64,000 nt of DNA, from assembly GCA_964016885.1 (NCBI GenBank), contig OZ024743.1, forward strand, positions 137,268,001 to 137,332,000, given 5' to 3'. Every line of letters begins with the position of its first letter. The first letter of the stretch is position 1. The notes below the pieces were generated by a model, which was given only the letters and a program-made list of their open reading frames with translations, made no database searches and had not been told where the DNA came from. Source of the stretch: Eledone cirrhosa. Its lineage: Eukaryota. Shown one piece after another: positions 13,970 to 29,100 of this stretch. Both the position numbers and the translations under genes were made by a program.

Positions 13970-16900
13970 CCAAGCACTAAACACCAATCACCAAACACAA
14001 AGCACCAAGCACCAAACACCAAGCACCAAGCACCAAACACCAAGCACCAAGCACCAAACACCAAACCACAAGCACCAAACACCAAACACCAAACCCCAAG
14101 CACCAAGCACCAAACACTAATCACCAAGCACCAAGCACCAAACAACAAGCACCAAGCACCAAGCACCAAGCACGAGGCACCAAGCACCAAGCACCAAACA
14201 CTAATCACCAAGCACCAAGCACCAAGCACCAAACACCAAGCACCAAGCACCAAGCACCAAACACCAAGCACCAAGCACCAAACACCAAACACCAAGATCC
14301 AAAGACCGAGCCCCAAGCACCAAGCACCGAGCACCAAACAATAAGCACCAAGCACCAAGCACCAAACACCAAGCACCAAGCACCAAACACCAACCACCCA
14401 GCACCAAGCACCAAGCACCAAACACCAAGCACCAAACACCAAACACCAAACACCACGCACCAAGCACGAAGCACCAAACACCAAGCACCAAGCACTAAGC
14501 ACCAAACACCAAGCCCCAAGCACCAAGCACCAAACACCAAACACCAAGCACCAAGCACCAAACACCAAGCACCAAGCACCAAGCACCTAGCACCAAACAC
14601 CAAGCAGCAAGCAGCAAGCACCAAAGACCAAACACCAAGCACCAAGCACCAAACACCAAGCACCAAGGACCAAACATCAAACACCAAGCACCAAGCACCA
14701 AACACCTAACACCAAGCACCAAGCACCAAGCACCAAGCACCGAACACCAAGCACCAAACACCAAGCACCAAACACCAAGCACCAAGCACCAAACACCAAG
14801 CACCAAACAACAAGCACCAAGCACCAAGCACCAAACACCAAGCACCAGGCACCAAGCACCAAACACCAAGCACCATGCACCAAGCACCAAGCCCCAAACA
14901 CTTAACACCAAGCACCAAGCACGAAACACCAAGCACCAAAAACCAAACACCAAGCACCAACTACTAAACACCAAGCACCAAGCACCAAACACCAAGCACC
15001 AAGCACCAATCACCAAACACCAAGAACCAAGCACCAAACACCAAGCACCAAGGACCAAGCAACAGGCACCAAGCACCAAGCACCAAGGACCAAGCAACAG
15101 GCACCAAGCACCAAGCAGCAAACACCAAGCATCAAACACCAAACACCAAACACCAAGCACCAAACACCAAGCACCAACCACCAAACACCAAATCCCAAGC
15201 ACCAAGCACCAAGCACCAAACACCAAACACCAAGCACCAAACACCAAACACCAAGCACCAAGCACCAAACACCAAACAACAAGCACCAGGCACCAAGCAC
15301 CAAACACCAAACACCAAGCAAACAGCATCAAAGACCAAGCACCAAGCACCAAACACCAAACACCAAGCACCAAACACCAGCCCCCAAGCACCAATCACCA
15401 AACACCAAACACCAAGCACTAAGCACCAAACACCAAACAACAAGCAGCAGGCACCAAGCACCAAGCACCAAGCACCAAACACCAAGCACCAAGCAGCAAG
15501 CACCAAACACCAAGCACCAAGCACCAAGCACCAAGCACCAAGCACCAAACACCAAGCACCAAGCACCAAACAGCAAGCACCAAACACCAAGCACCAAACA
15601 CCAAGCACCAAACACCAAACACATAGCACCAAGCACCAAACACCAAACACCAAGCACCAAGAACCAAACACCAAGCACCAAGCACCAAGCCCCTAGCACC
15701 AAACACCAAACACCAAGCAAAAAGCACAAAACACCAAGCACCAATCACCAAACACCAAACACCAAGCAGCAAGCAGCAAGCACCAAACACCAAACACCAA
15801 GCACCAAGCACCAAATACCAAACACCAAGCACCAAGGACCAAACATCAAACACCAAGCACCAAGCACCAAACGCCTAACACCAAGCACCAAGCACCAAGC
15901 ACCAAGCACCAAACACCAAACCACAAGCACCAAACATCAAACACCAAACCCCAAGCACCAAGCACCAAACACTAATCACCAAGCACCAAGCACCAAACAA
16001 CAAGCACCAAGCACCAAGCACCAACCACCCAGCACCAAGCACCAAACACCAAGCACCAAACACCAAACACCAAACACCAACCACCAAGCACTAAGCACCA
16101 AACACCAAGCACCAAGCACTAAGCACCAAACACCAAGCCCCAAGCACCAAGCACCAAATACCAAACACCAAGTACCAAGCACCAAACACCAAGCACCAAG
16201 CACCAAGCACCTAGCACCAAACACCAAACACCAAGCACCAAGCACCAAATACCAAGCACCAATCACCAAGCACCAAACACCAAGCAGCAAGCAGCAAGCA
16301 CCGAAAAACCAAACACCAAGAACCAAGCACCAAGCACCAAGCACCGAACACCAAGCACATTACACAAAGCACCAAACACCAAGCACCAAGTACCAAACAC
16401 CAAGCACCAAACACCAAGCACCAAGAACCAAGCAGCAAACACCAAGCACCAGGCACCAAGCACCAAACACCAAGCACCATGCACCAAGCACCAAGCCCCA
16501 AACACTTAACACCAAGCACCAAGCACCAAGCACCAAACTCCAATCACCAAAAACCAAACACCAAGCACCAAGCACCAAACACCAAGCACCAGGCACCAAT
16601 CACCAAATACCAACAACCAAGCCCCAAACACCAAGCACCAAGCACCAAGCACTAGGCACCAAGCACCAAGCACCAAACACAAAACACCAAGCACCAAGCA
16701 CCAAGCAGCAAACACCAAGCATCAAACACCAAACACCAAACACCAAGCACCAAACACCAAGCACCAAGCACCAAACACCAAACACCAAGCACCAAGCACC
16801 AAGCACCAAACACCAAACACCAAGCACCAAACATCAGATACCAAGCACCAAGCACCAAACACCAAACACCAAGCATCAAGCACCAAACACCAAACAACAA

Positions 16901-19900
16901 GCACCAGGCACCAAGCACCAAACACCAAACACCAAGCACCAAGCACCAAACACCAAACACCAAGCATGCAGCATCAAACACCAAGCACCAAGCACCAAGC
17001 ACCAAACACCAAGCACCAAGCACCAAACACCAACCACCAAACACAAAGCACCAAGCACCAAACACCAAGAACCAAGCACCAAACACCAAGCACCAAGCAC
17101 AAACACCAAACCACAAGCACCAAACACCAAACCCCAAGCACCAAGCACCAAACACTAATCACCAAGCACCAAGCACCAAACAACAAGCACCAAGCACCAA
17201 GCACCAGGCACCAAGCACCAAGCACCAAACACTAATCACCAAGCACCAAGCACCAAGCAGCAAGCACCAAACACCAAACACCAAGCACCAAGCACCAAAC
17301 ACCAAGCACCAAGGACCAAACATCAAACACCAAGCACCAAGCACCAAACACCTAACACCAAGCACCAAGCACCAAGCACCAAGCACCGAACACCAAGCAC
17401 ATAACACCAAGCACCAAACACCAAGAAACAAGCACCCAACACGAAGCACCAGGCACCAAGCACCAAACACCAAGCACCATGCACCAAGCACCAAGCCCCA
17501 AACACTTAACACCAAGCACCAAGCACCAAACACCAATCACCAAAAACCAAACACCAAGCACCAAGTACCAAACACCAAGCACCAAGCACCAAACAACAAG
17601 CACCAAGCACCAATCACCAAACACCAAGAACCAAGCACCAAACACCAAGCACCAAGCACCAAGCACCAGGCACCAAGCACCAAGCACCAAACACAAAACA
17701 CCAAGCACCAAGCACCAAGCAGCAAACACCAAGCATCAAACACCAAACACCAAACACCAAGCACCAAACACCAAGCACCAAGCACCAAACACGAAACACC
17801 AAGCACCAAGCACCAAGCACCAAACACCAAACACCAAGCACCAAACACCAGATACCAAGCACCAAGCACCAAACACCAAACACCAAGCACCAAGCACCAA
17901 ACACCAAACAACAAGCACCAGGCACCAAGCACCAAACACCAAACACCAAGCACCAAGCACCAAACACCAAACACCAAGCACGCAGCATCAAACACCAAGC
18001 ACCAAGCACCAAGCACCAAACACCAAGCACCAAGCACTAAACACCAATCACCAAACACAAAGCACCAAGCACCAAACACCAAGCACCAAGCACCAAACAC
18101 CAAGCACCAAGCACCAAACACCAAACCACAAGCACCAAACACCAAACACCAAACCCCAAGCACCAAGCACCAAACACTAATCACCAAGCACCAAGCACCA
18201 AACAACAAGCACCAAGCACCAAGCACCAGGCACCAAGCACCAAGCACCAAACACTAATCACCAAGCACCAAGCACCAAGCACCAAACACCAAGCACCAAG
18301 CACCAAGCACCAAACACCAAGCACCAAGCACCAAACACCAAACACCAAGATCCAAAGACCGAGCGCCAAGCACCAAGCACCAAACAATAAGCACCAAGCA
18401 CCAAACACCAAGCAGCAAGCACCAAACACCAACCACCCAGCACCAAGCACCAAGCACCAAACACCAAGCACCAAACACCAAACACCAAGCACCAAGCACC
18501 AAGCACGAAGCACCAAGCACCAAGCACCAAGCACTAAGCACCAAACACCAAGCCCCAAGCACCAAACACCAAACACCAAGCACCAAGCACCAAACACCAA
18601 GCACCAAGCACCAAGCACCTAGCACCAAACACCAAGCAGCAAGCAGCAAGCACCAAAGACCAAACACCAAGCACCAAGCACCAAACACCAAGCACCAAGG
18701 ACCAAACATCAAACACCAAGCACCAAGCACCAAAAACCTAACACCAAGCACCAAGCACCAAGCACCAAGCACCGAACACCAAGCACCAAACACCAAGCAC
18801 CAAACACCAAGCACCAAGCACCAAACACCAAGCACCAAACAACAAGCACCAAGCACCAAGCACCAAACACCAAGCACCAGGCACCAAGCACCAAACACCA
18901 AGCACCATGCACCAAGCACCAAGCCCCAAACACTTAACACCAAGCACCAAGCACGAAACACCAAGCACCAAAAACCAAACACCAAGCACCAACTACTAAA
19001 CACCAAGCACCAAGCACCAAACACCAAGCACCAAGCACCAATCACCAAGCACCAAGGACCAAGCAACAGGCACCAAGCACCAAGCACCAAACACAAAACA
19101 CCAAGCACCAAGCACCAAGCAGCAAACACCAAGCATCAAACACCAAACACCAAACACCAAGCACCAAACACCAAGCACCAACCACCAAACACCAGATCCC
19201 AAGCACCAAGCACCAAGCACCAAACACCAAACACCAAGCACCAAACACCAAACACCAAGCACCAAGCACCAAACACCAAACAACAAGCACCAGGCACCAA
19301 GCACCAAACACCAAACACCAAGCAAACAGCATCAAAGACCAAGCACCAAGCACCAAACACCAAACACCAAGCACCAAACACCAGCCCCCAAGCACCAATC
19401 ACCAAACACCAAACACCAAGCACTTAGCACCAAACACCAAACAACAAGCAGCAGGCACCAAGCACCAAGCACCAAGCACCAAACACCAAGCACCAAGCAG
19501 CAAGCACCAAACACCAAGCACCAAGCACCAAGCACCAAGCACCAAGCACCAAACACCAAGCACCAAGCACCAAACAGCAAGCGCCAAACACCAAGCACCA
19601 AACACCAAGCACCAAACACCAAACACATAGCACCAAGCACCAAACACCAAACACCAAGCACCAAGCACCAAACACCAAGCACCAAGCACCAAGCCCCTAG
19701 CACCAAACACCAAACACCAAGCAAAAAGCACAAAACACCAAGCACCAATCACCAAACACCAAACACCAAGCAGCAAGCAGCAAGCACCAAACACCAAACA
19801 CCAAGCACCAAGCACCAAATACCAAACACCAAGCACCAAGGACCAAACATCAAACACCAAGCACCAAGCACCAAACGCCTAACACCAAGCACCAAGCACC

Positions 19901-21770
19901 AAGCACCAAGCACCAAACACCAAACCACAAGCACCAAACACCAAACACCAAACCCCAAGCACCAAGCACCAAACACTAATCACCAAGCACCAAGCACCAA
20001 ACAACAAGCACCAAGCACCAAGCACCAGGCACCAAGCACCAAGCACCAAACACTAATCACCAAGCACCAAGCACCAAGCACCAAACACCAAGCACCAAGC
20101 ACCAAGCACCAAACACCAAGCACCAAGCACCAAACACCAAACACCAAGATCCAAAGACCGAGCACCAAGCACCAAGCACCAAGCACCAAATAATAAGCAC
20201 CAAGCACCAAACACCAAGCACCAAGCACCAAACACCAACCACCCAGCACCAAGCACCAAGCACCAAACACCAAGCACCAAACACCAAACACCAAGCACCA
20301 AGCACCAAGCACGAAGCACCAAACAGCAAGCACCAAGCACTAAGCACCAAATACCAAGCCCCAAGCACCAAGCACCAAACACCAAACACCAAGCACCAAG
20401 CACCAAACACCAAGCACCAAGCACCAAGCACCTAGCACCAAACACCAAGCAGCAAGCAGCAAGCACCAAAGACCAAACACCAAGCACCAAGCACCAAACA
20501 CCAAGCACCAAGGACCAAACATCAAACACCAAGCACCAAGCACCAAACACCTAACACCAAGCACCAAGCACCAAGCACCAAGCACCGAACACCAAGCACC
20601 AAACACCAAGCACCAAACACCAAGCACCAAGCACCAAACACCAATCACCAAACAACAAGCACCAAGCACCAAGCACCAAACACCAAGCACCAGGCACCAA
20701 GCACCAAACACCAAGCACCATGCACCAAGCACCAAGCCCCAAACACTTAACACCAAGCACCAAGCACGAAACACCAAGCACCAAAAACCAAACACCAAGC
20801 ACCAACTACTAAACACCAAGCACCAAGCACCAAACACCAAGCACCAAGCACCAATCACCAAACACCAAGAACCAAGCACCAAACACCAAGCACCAAGGAC
20901 CAAGCAACAGGCACCAAGCACCAAGCACCAAACACAAAACACCAAGCACCAAGCACCAAGCACCAAGCACCAACCACCAAACACCAAACCCCAAGCTCCA
21001 ACACCAAGCACCAAACACCAAACACCAAGCACCAAACACCAAACACCAAGCACCAAGCACCAAACACCAAACAACAAGCACCAGGCACCAAGCACCAAAC
21101 ACCAAACACCAAGCAAACAGCATCAAAGACCAAGCACCAAGCACCAAACAACAAACACCAAGCACCAAACACCAGCCCCCAAGCACCAATCACCAAACAC
21201 CAAACACCAAGCACTAAGCACCAAACACCAAACAACAAGCAGCAGGCACAAAGCACCAAGCACCAAGCACCAAACACCAAGCACCAAGCAGCAAGCACCA
21301 AACACCAAGCACCAAGCACCAAGCACCAAGCACCAAGCACCAAACAGCAAGCACCAAGCACCAAACAGCAAGCACCAAACACCAAGCACCAAACACCAAG
21401 CACCAAACACCAAACACATAGCACCAAGCACCAAACACCAAACACCAAGCACCAAGCACCAAACACCAAGCACCAAGCACCAAGCCCCTAGCACCAAACA
21501 CAAAACACCAAGAAAAAAGCACAAAACACCAAGCACCAATCACCAAACACCAAACACCAAGCAGCAAGCAGCAAGCACCAAACACCAAACACCAAGCACC
21601 AAGCACCAAATACCAAACACCAAGCACCAAGGACCAAACATCAAACACCAAGCACCAAGCACCAAACGCCTAACACCAAGCACCAAGTACCAAGCACCAA
21701 GCACCAAACACCAAGCACCAATCACCAAACACCAAGCACCAGGCACCAAGCACCAAAAACCAAGCACCAA
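13970..21770 (+). repeat. ~1.8-kb higher-order unit in three copies (about 14.0-16.0, 18.0-20.0 and 20.0-21.7 kb)
   Basis: GATCCAAAGACCGAG at 14296, 18349 and 20148 (spacing 4053, 1799). Family-specific variants CACATAG (15620, ~19623, ~21415), CAAACAG-CATCAAA-GACCAAG and GACCAAG-CAACAGG were seen only in these copies. Confidence 0.85.
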
Positions 21771-22299
21771 GCACCAAACACCAAGCACCAAACACAAAGC
21801 ACCAAGCACCAAACACCAAACCCCAAGCACCAAACACCAAACCTCAAGCACCAAGCACCAAACACTAATCACCAAGCACCAAGCACCAAACAACAAGCAC
21901 AAAGCACCAAGCACCAGGCACCAAGCACCAAGCACCAAACACTAATCACCAAGCACCAAGCACCAAGCACCACACAATAAGCACCAAGCACCAAACACCA
22001 AGCACCAAGCACCAAACACCAACCACCCAGCACCAAGCACCAAACACCAAGCACCAAACACCAAACACCAAACACCAACCACCAAGCACTAAGCACCAAA
22101 CACCAAGCACCAAGCACTAAGCACCAAACACCAAGCCCCAAGCGCCAAGCACCAAATACCAAACACCAAGTACCAAGCACCAAACACCAAGCACCAAGCA
22201 CCATGCACCAAGCACCAAACACCAAGCACCAATCACCAAGCACCAAACACCAAGCAGCAAGCAGCAAGCACCAAACACCAAACACCAAGAACCAAGCAC

Positions 22300-25200
22300 C
22301 AAGCACCAAGCACCGAACACCAAGCACATTACACAAAGCACCAAACACCAAGCACCAAGTACCAAACACCAAGCACCAAACACCAAGCACCAAGAACCAA
22401 GCAGCAAACTCCAAGCACCAGGCACCAAGCACCAAACACCAAGCACCATGCACCAAGCACCAAGCCCCAAACACTTAAAACCAAGCACCAAGCACCAAGT
22501 ACCAAACACCAAGCACCAAGCACCAAACACCAAGCACCAAGCACCAAGCACCAATCACCAAACACCAAGAACCAAGCACCAAACACCAAGCACCAAGCAC
22601 CAAGCACCAGGCACCAAGCACCAAGCACCAAACACAAAACACCAAGCACCAAGCACCAAGCAGCAAACACCAAGCATCAAACACCAAACACCAAACACCA
22701 AGCACCAAACACCAAGCACCAAGCACCAAACACCAAACACCAAGCACCAAGCACCAAGCACCAAACACCAAACACCAAGCACCAAACATCAGATACCAAG
22801 CACCAAGCACCAAACACCAAACACCAAGCATCAAGCACCAAACACCAAACAACAAGCACCAGGCACCAAGCACCAAACACCAAACACCAAGCACCAAGCA
22901 CCAAACACCAAGCATGCAGCATCAAACACCAAGCACCAAGCACCAAGCACCAAACACCAAGCACCAAGCACCAAACACCAACCACCAAACACAAAGCACC
23001 AGGCACGAAACACCAAGTACCAAGCACCAAACACCAAACACCAAGCACCAAACACCAAACCACAAGCACCAAACACCAAACCCCAAGCACCAAGCACCAA
23101 ACACTAATCACCAAGCACCAAGCACCAAACAACAAGCACCAAGCACCAAGCACCAGGCACCAAACACCAAGCACCAAACACTAATCACCAAGCACCAAGC
23201 ACCAAGCACCAAACACAAAGCACCAAGCACCAAGCACCAAACACCAAGCACCAAGCACCAAACACCAAACACCAAGATCCAAAGACCAAGCACCAAGCAC
23301 GAAGCACCAAGCACCAAACAATAAGCACCAAGCACCAAACACCAAGCACCAAGCACCAAACACCAACCACCCAGCACCAAGCACCAAGGACCAAACACCA
23401 AGCACCAAACACCAAACACCAAGCACCAAGCACCAAGCGCCAAGCACCAAACACCAAGCACCAAGCACTAAGCACCAAACACCAAGCCCCAAGCAGCAAG
23501 CACCAAACACCAAACACCAAGCACCAAGCACCAAGCACCAAGCACCAAGCACCAAGCACCTAGCACCAAACACCAAACACCAAGCACCAAGCACCAAACA
23601 CCAAGCACCAATCACCAAGCACCAAACACCAAGCAGCAAGCAGCAAGCACCAAACACCAAACACCAAGCTCCAAGCACCAAACACCAAGCACCAAGTACC
23701 AAACATCAAACACCAAGCACCAAGCACCAAACACCTAACACCAAGCACCAAGCACCAAGCACCGAACACCAAGCACCAAACACCAAGCACCAAACACCAA
23801 GCACCAAGCACCAAACACCAAGCTCCAAACACCAAGCACCAAGCACCAAACACCAAGCACCAGGCACCAAGCACCAAACACCAAGCACCATGCACCAAGC
23901 ACCAATCCCCAAACACTTAACACCAAGCACCAAGCACCAAACACCAAGCACCAAAAACCAAACACCAAGCACCAACTACTAAACACCAAGCACCAAGCAC
24001 CAAACACAAGCACCAAGCACCAATCACCAAACACCAAGAACCAAGCACCAAACACCAAGCACCAAGGACCAAGCACCAGGCACCAAGCACCAATCACCAA
24101 ACACAAAACACCAAGCACCAAGCACCAAGCAGCAAACACCAAGCATCAAACACCAAACACCAAACACCAAGCACCAAACACCAAGCACCAAGCACCAAAC
24201 ACCAAACACCAAGCACCAAGCACCAAGAACCAAACACCAAACACCAAGCACCAAACACCAAACACCAAGCACCAAGCACCAAACACCAAACAACAAGCAC
24301 CAGGTACCAAGCACCAAACACCAAACACCAAGCACGCAGCATCAAACACCAAGCACCAAGCACCAAGCACTAAACACCAAGTACCAAGCACCAAGCACCA
24401 AGCACCAAACACCAAACACCAAGCACCAAACACCAGCCACCAAGCACCAAGCACCAAACACCAAACACCAAGCACCAAGCACCAAACACCAAACAACAAG
24501 CACCAGGCACCAAGCACCAAACACCAATCACCAAGCACGCATCACCAAGCACCAAGCACCAAGCACCAAGCAGCAAACACCAAGCACCAAGCACCAAGCA
24601 CCAAACACCAAACACCAAACACCAAGCACCAAGAACCAAACACCAAACACCAAGCACCAAGCACCAAACACCAAGCACCAAACACCAAACCCCAAGCACC
24701 AATCACCAAACACTAATCACCAAGCACCAAGCACCAAACCCCGAGCACCAAGCAGCAAGCACCAAACACCAAGCACCAAGCAACAAGCACCAAGCACCAA
24801 GCACCAAACACCAAGCACCAAGCACCAAACACCAAACCCCAAGCACCAAAGACCAAGCACCAAGCACCAAGGACCAAACACCAAGCACCAAGCACCAAGC
24901 ACCAAACACCAAACACCAAGCACCAAACACCCAGCACCAAGCACCAAGCACCAAACACCAAACACCAAGCACGCAGCATCAAACACCAAGCACCAAGCAC
25001 CAAGCACCAAACACCAAGCACCAAGCACCAAGCACCAAGTACCAAACACCAACCACCAAGCACCAAACACCAAACACCAAGCACCAAGCACAAAGCACGA
25101 AACACCAGGCACCAAGCACCAAGCACCAAACACCAAACACCAAGCACCAAACACCAGCCACCAAGCACCAAGCACCAAACACCAAACACCAAGCACTAAG

Positions 25201-28200
25201 CACCAAACACCAAACAGCAAGCACCAGGCACCAAACAACAAGCACCAAACACCAAACACCAAGCACTAAGCACCAAACAACAAGCACCAGGCACCAAGCA
25301 GCAAGCACCAAACACCAAGCACCAAGCACCAAGCACCAAGCACCAAACACCAAACACCAAGCACGCAGCACCAAACACCAAGCACCAAGCACCAAGCACC
25401 AAACACCAAGCACCAAGCACCAAGCACCAAACACCAAACACCAAACACCAAGCACCAAGAACCAAACACCAAACACCAAACAGCAAGCACCAAGCACCAA
25501 ACACCAAGCACCAATCACCAAACACTAATCACCAAGCACCAAGCACCAAACACCAAGCACCAAGCAGCAAGCACCAAACACCAAGCACCAAGCACCAAGC
25601 ACCAAGCACCAAACACCAAGCACCAAGCACCAAACACCAAACCCCAAGCACCAAAGACCAAGCACCAAGCACCAAGGACCAAACACCAAGCACCAAGCAC
25701 CAAACACCTAGCACCAAGCACCAAACACCCAGCACCAAGCACCAAGCAACAAACACCAAGCACCAAACACCAAACACCAAACACCAAGCACCAAGCACCA
25801 AACAGCAAGCACCAAACACCAAGCACCAAACACCAAGCACCAAACACCAAGTCCCACGCACCAAGCACCAAATACCAAACACCAAGCACCAAGCACCAAA
25901 TACCAAGCACAAAGCACCAAGCCCCTAGCACCAAACACCAAACACCAAGCAAAGAGCACAAAACACCAAGCACCAATCACCAAGCACCAAACACCAAGCA
26001 GCAAGCAGCAAGCACCAAACACGAACGACCAAGCACCAAGCCCCAAATACCAAACACCAAGCACCAAGGACCAAACATCAAACACCAAGCACCAAGCACC
26101 AAACGCCTAACACCAAGCACCAAGCACCAAGCACCAAGCACCAAACACCAAGCACCAAGCACCAATCACCAAACACCAAGAACCAAGCACCAAACACCAA
26201 GCACCAAGCACCAAGCACCAGGCACCAAGCACCAAGCACCAAACACAAAACACCAAGCACCAAGCACCAAGCAGCAAACACCAAGCATCAAACACCAAAC
26301 ACCAAACACCAAGCACCAAGCACCAAACACCAAACACCAAGCACCAAGCACCAAGCACCAAACACCAAACACCAAGCACCAAACATCAGATACAAAGCAC
26401 CAAGCACCAAACACCAAACACCAAGCATCAAGCACCAAACACCAAACAACAAGCACCAGGCACCAAGCACCAAACACCAAACACCAAGCACCAAGCACCA
26501 AACACCAAACACCAAGCATGCAGCATCAAACACCAAGCACCAAGCACCAAGCGCCAAACACCAAGCACCAAGCACCAAACACCAACCACCAAACACAAAG
26601 CACCAAGCACCAAACACCAAGTACCAAGCACCAAACACCAAGCACCAAACACCAAACCACAAGCACCAAACACCAAACCCCAAGCACCAAGCACCAAACA
26701 CTAATCACCAAGCACCAAGCACCAAACAACAAGCACCAAGCACCAAGCACCAGGCACCAAGCACCAAGCACCAAACACTAATCACCAAGCACCAAGCACC
26801 AAGCACCAAACACAAAGCACCAAGCACCAAGCACCAAACACCAAGCACCAAGCACCAAACACCAAACACCAAGATCCAAAGACCAAGCACCAAGCACCAA
26901 GCACCAAGCACCAAACAATAAGCACCAAGCACCAAACACCAAGCACCAAGCACCAAACACCAACCACCCAGCACCAAGCACCAAGCACCAAACACCAAGC
27001 ACCAAACACCAAACATCAAGCACCAAGCACCAAGCGCCAAGCACCAAACACCAAGCACCAAGCACTAAGCACCAAACACCAAGGTCCAAGCAGCAAGCAC
27101 CAAACACCAAACACCAAGCACCAAGCACCAAGCACCAAGCACCAAGCACCAAGCACCTAGCACCAAACACCAAACACCAAGCACCAAGCACCAAACACCA
27201 AGCACCAATCACCAAGCACCAAACACCAAGCAGCAAGCAGCAAGCACCAAACACCAAACACCAAGCACCAAGCACCAAACACCAAGCACCAAGGACCAAA
27301 CATCAAACACCAAGCACCAAGCACCAAACACCTAACACCAAGCACCAAGCACCAAGCACCGAACACCAAGCACCAAACACCAAGCACCAAAGACCAAGCA
27401 CCAAGCACCAAACACCAAGCACCAAACACCAAGCACCAAGCACCAAGCACCAAACACCAAGCACCAGGCACCAAGCACCAAACACCAAGCACCATGCACC
27501 AAGCACCAATCCCCAAACACTTAACACCAAGCGCCAAGCACCAAACACCAAGCACCAAAAACCAAACACCAAGCACCAACTACTAAACACCAAGCACCAA
27601 GCACCAAACACAAGCACCAAGCACCAATCACCAAACACCAAGAACCAAGCACCAAACACCAAGCACCAAGGACCAAGCACCAGGCACCAAGCACCAATCA
27701 CCAAACACAAAACACCAAGCACCAAGCACCAAGCAGCAAACACCTAGCATCAAACACCAAACACCAAACACCAAGCACCAAACACCAAGTACCAAGCACC
27801 AAGCACCAAGCACCAAACACCAAACACCAAGCACCAAACACCAGCCACCAAGCACCAAGCACCAAACACCAAACACCAAGCACCAAGCACCAAACACCAA
27901 ACAACAAGCACCAGGCACCAAGCACCAAACACCAAACACCAATCACGCATCACCAAGCACCAAGCACCAAGCACCAAGCACCAAACACCAAGCACCAAGC
28001 ACCAAGCACCAAACACCAAACACCAAACACCAAGCACCAAGAACCAAACACCAAACACCAAGCACCAAGCACCAAACACCAAGCACCAAACACCAAACCC
28101 CAAGCACCAATCACCAAACACTAATCACCAAGCACCAAGCACCAAACACCGAGCACCAAGCAGCAAGCACCAAACACCAAGCACCAAGCACCAAGCACCA

Positions 28201-29100
28201 AGCACCAAACACCAAGCACCAAGCACCAAACACCAAACCCCAAGCACCAAAGACCAAGCACCAAGCACCAAGGACCAAACACCAAGCACCAAGCACCAAA
28301 CACCAAGCACCAAGCACCAAACACCCAGCACCAAGCACCAAGCACCAAACACCAAACACCAAGCACGCAGCATCAAACACCAAGCACCAAGCACCAAGCA
28401 CCAAACACCAAGCACCAAGCACCAAGCACCAAGTACCAAACACCAACCACCAAGCACCAAACACCAAACACCAAGCACCAAGCACCAAGCACGAAACACC
28501 AGGCACCAAGAACCAAGCACCAAACACCAAACACCAAGCACCAAACACCAGCCACCAAGCACCAAGCACCAAACACCAAACACCAAGCACTAAGCACCAA
28601 ACACCAAACAGCAAGCACCAGGCACCAAACAACAAGCACCAAACACCAAACACCAAGCACTAAGCACCAAACAACAAGCACCAGGCACCAAGCAGCAAGC
28701 ACCAAACACCAAGCACCAAGCACCAAGCACCAAGCACCAAACACCAAACACCAAGCACGCAGCACCAAACACCAAGCACCAAGCACCAAGCACCAAACAC
28801 CAAGCACCAAGCACCAAGCACCAAACACCAAACACCAAACACCAAGCACCAAGAACCAAACACCAAACACCAAACAGCAAGCACCAAGCACCAAACACCA
28901 AGCACCAATCACCAAACACTAATCACCAAGCACCAAGCACCAAACACCAAGCACCAAGCAGCAAGCACCAAACACCAAGCACCAAGCACCAAGCACCAAG
29001 CACCAAACACCGAGCACCAAGCACCAAACACCAAACCCCAAGCACCAAAGACCAAGCACCAAGCACCAAGGACCAAACACCAAGCACCAAGCACCAAACA
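22300..29100 (+). repeat. Second copy of the ~7.8-13.9 kb region (offset ~14.5 kb), continuing the ~3.4-3.6 kb HOR
   Basis: GGTACC 9816/24303 and GATC 8789/23276 are both offset by 14487. Track ORF pairs 9073/23560, 9537/24024 and 10216/24703 share the same offset. The CACAAG deletion unit recurs at 24005 and 27609. Confidence 0.85.
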
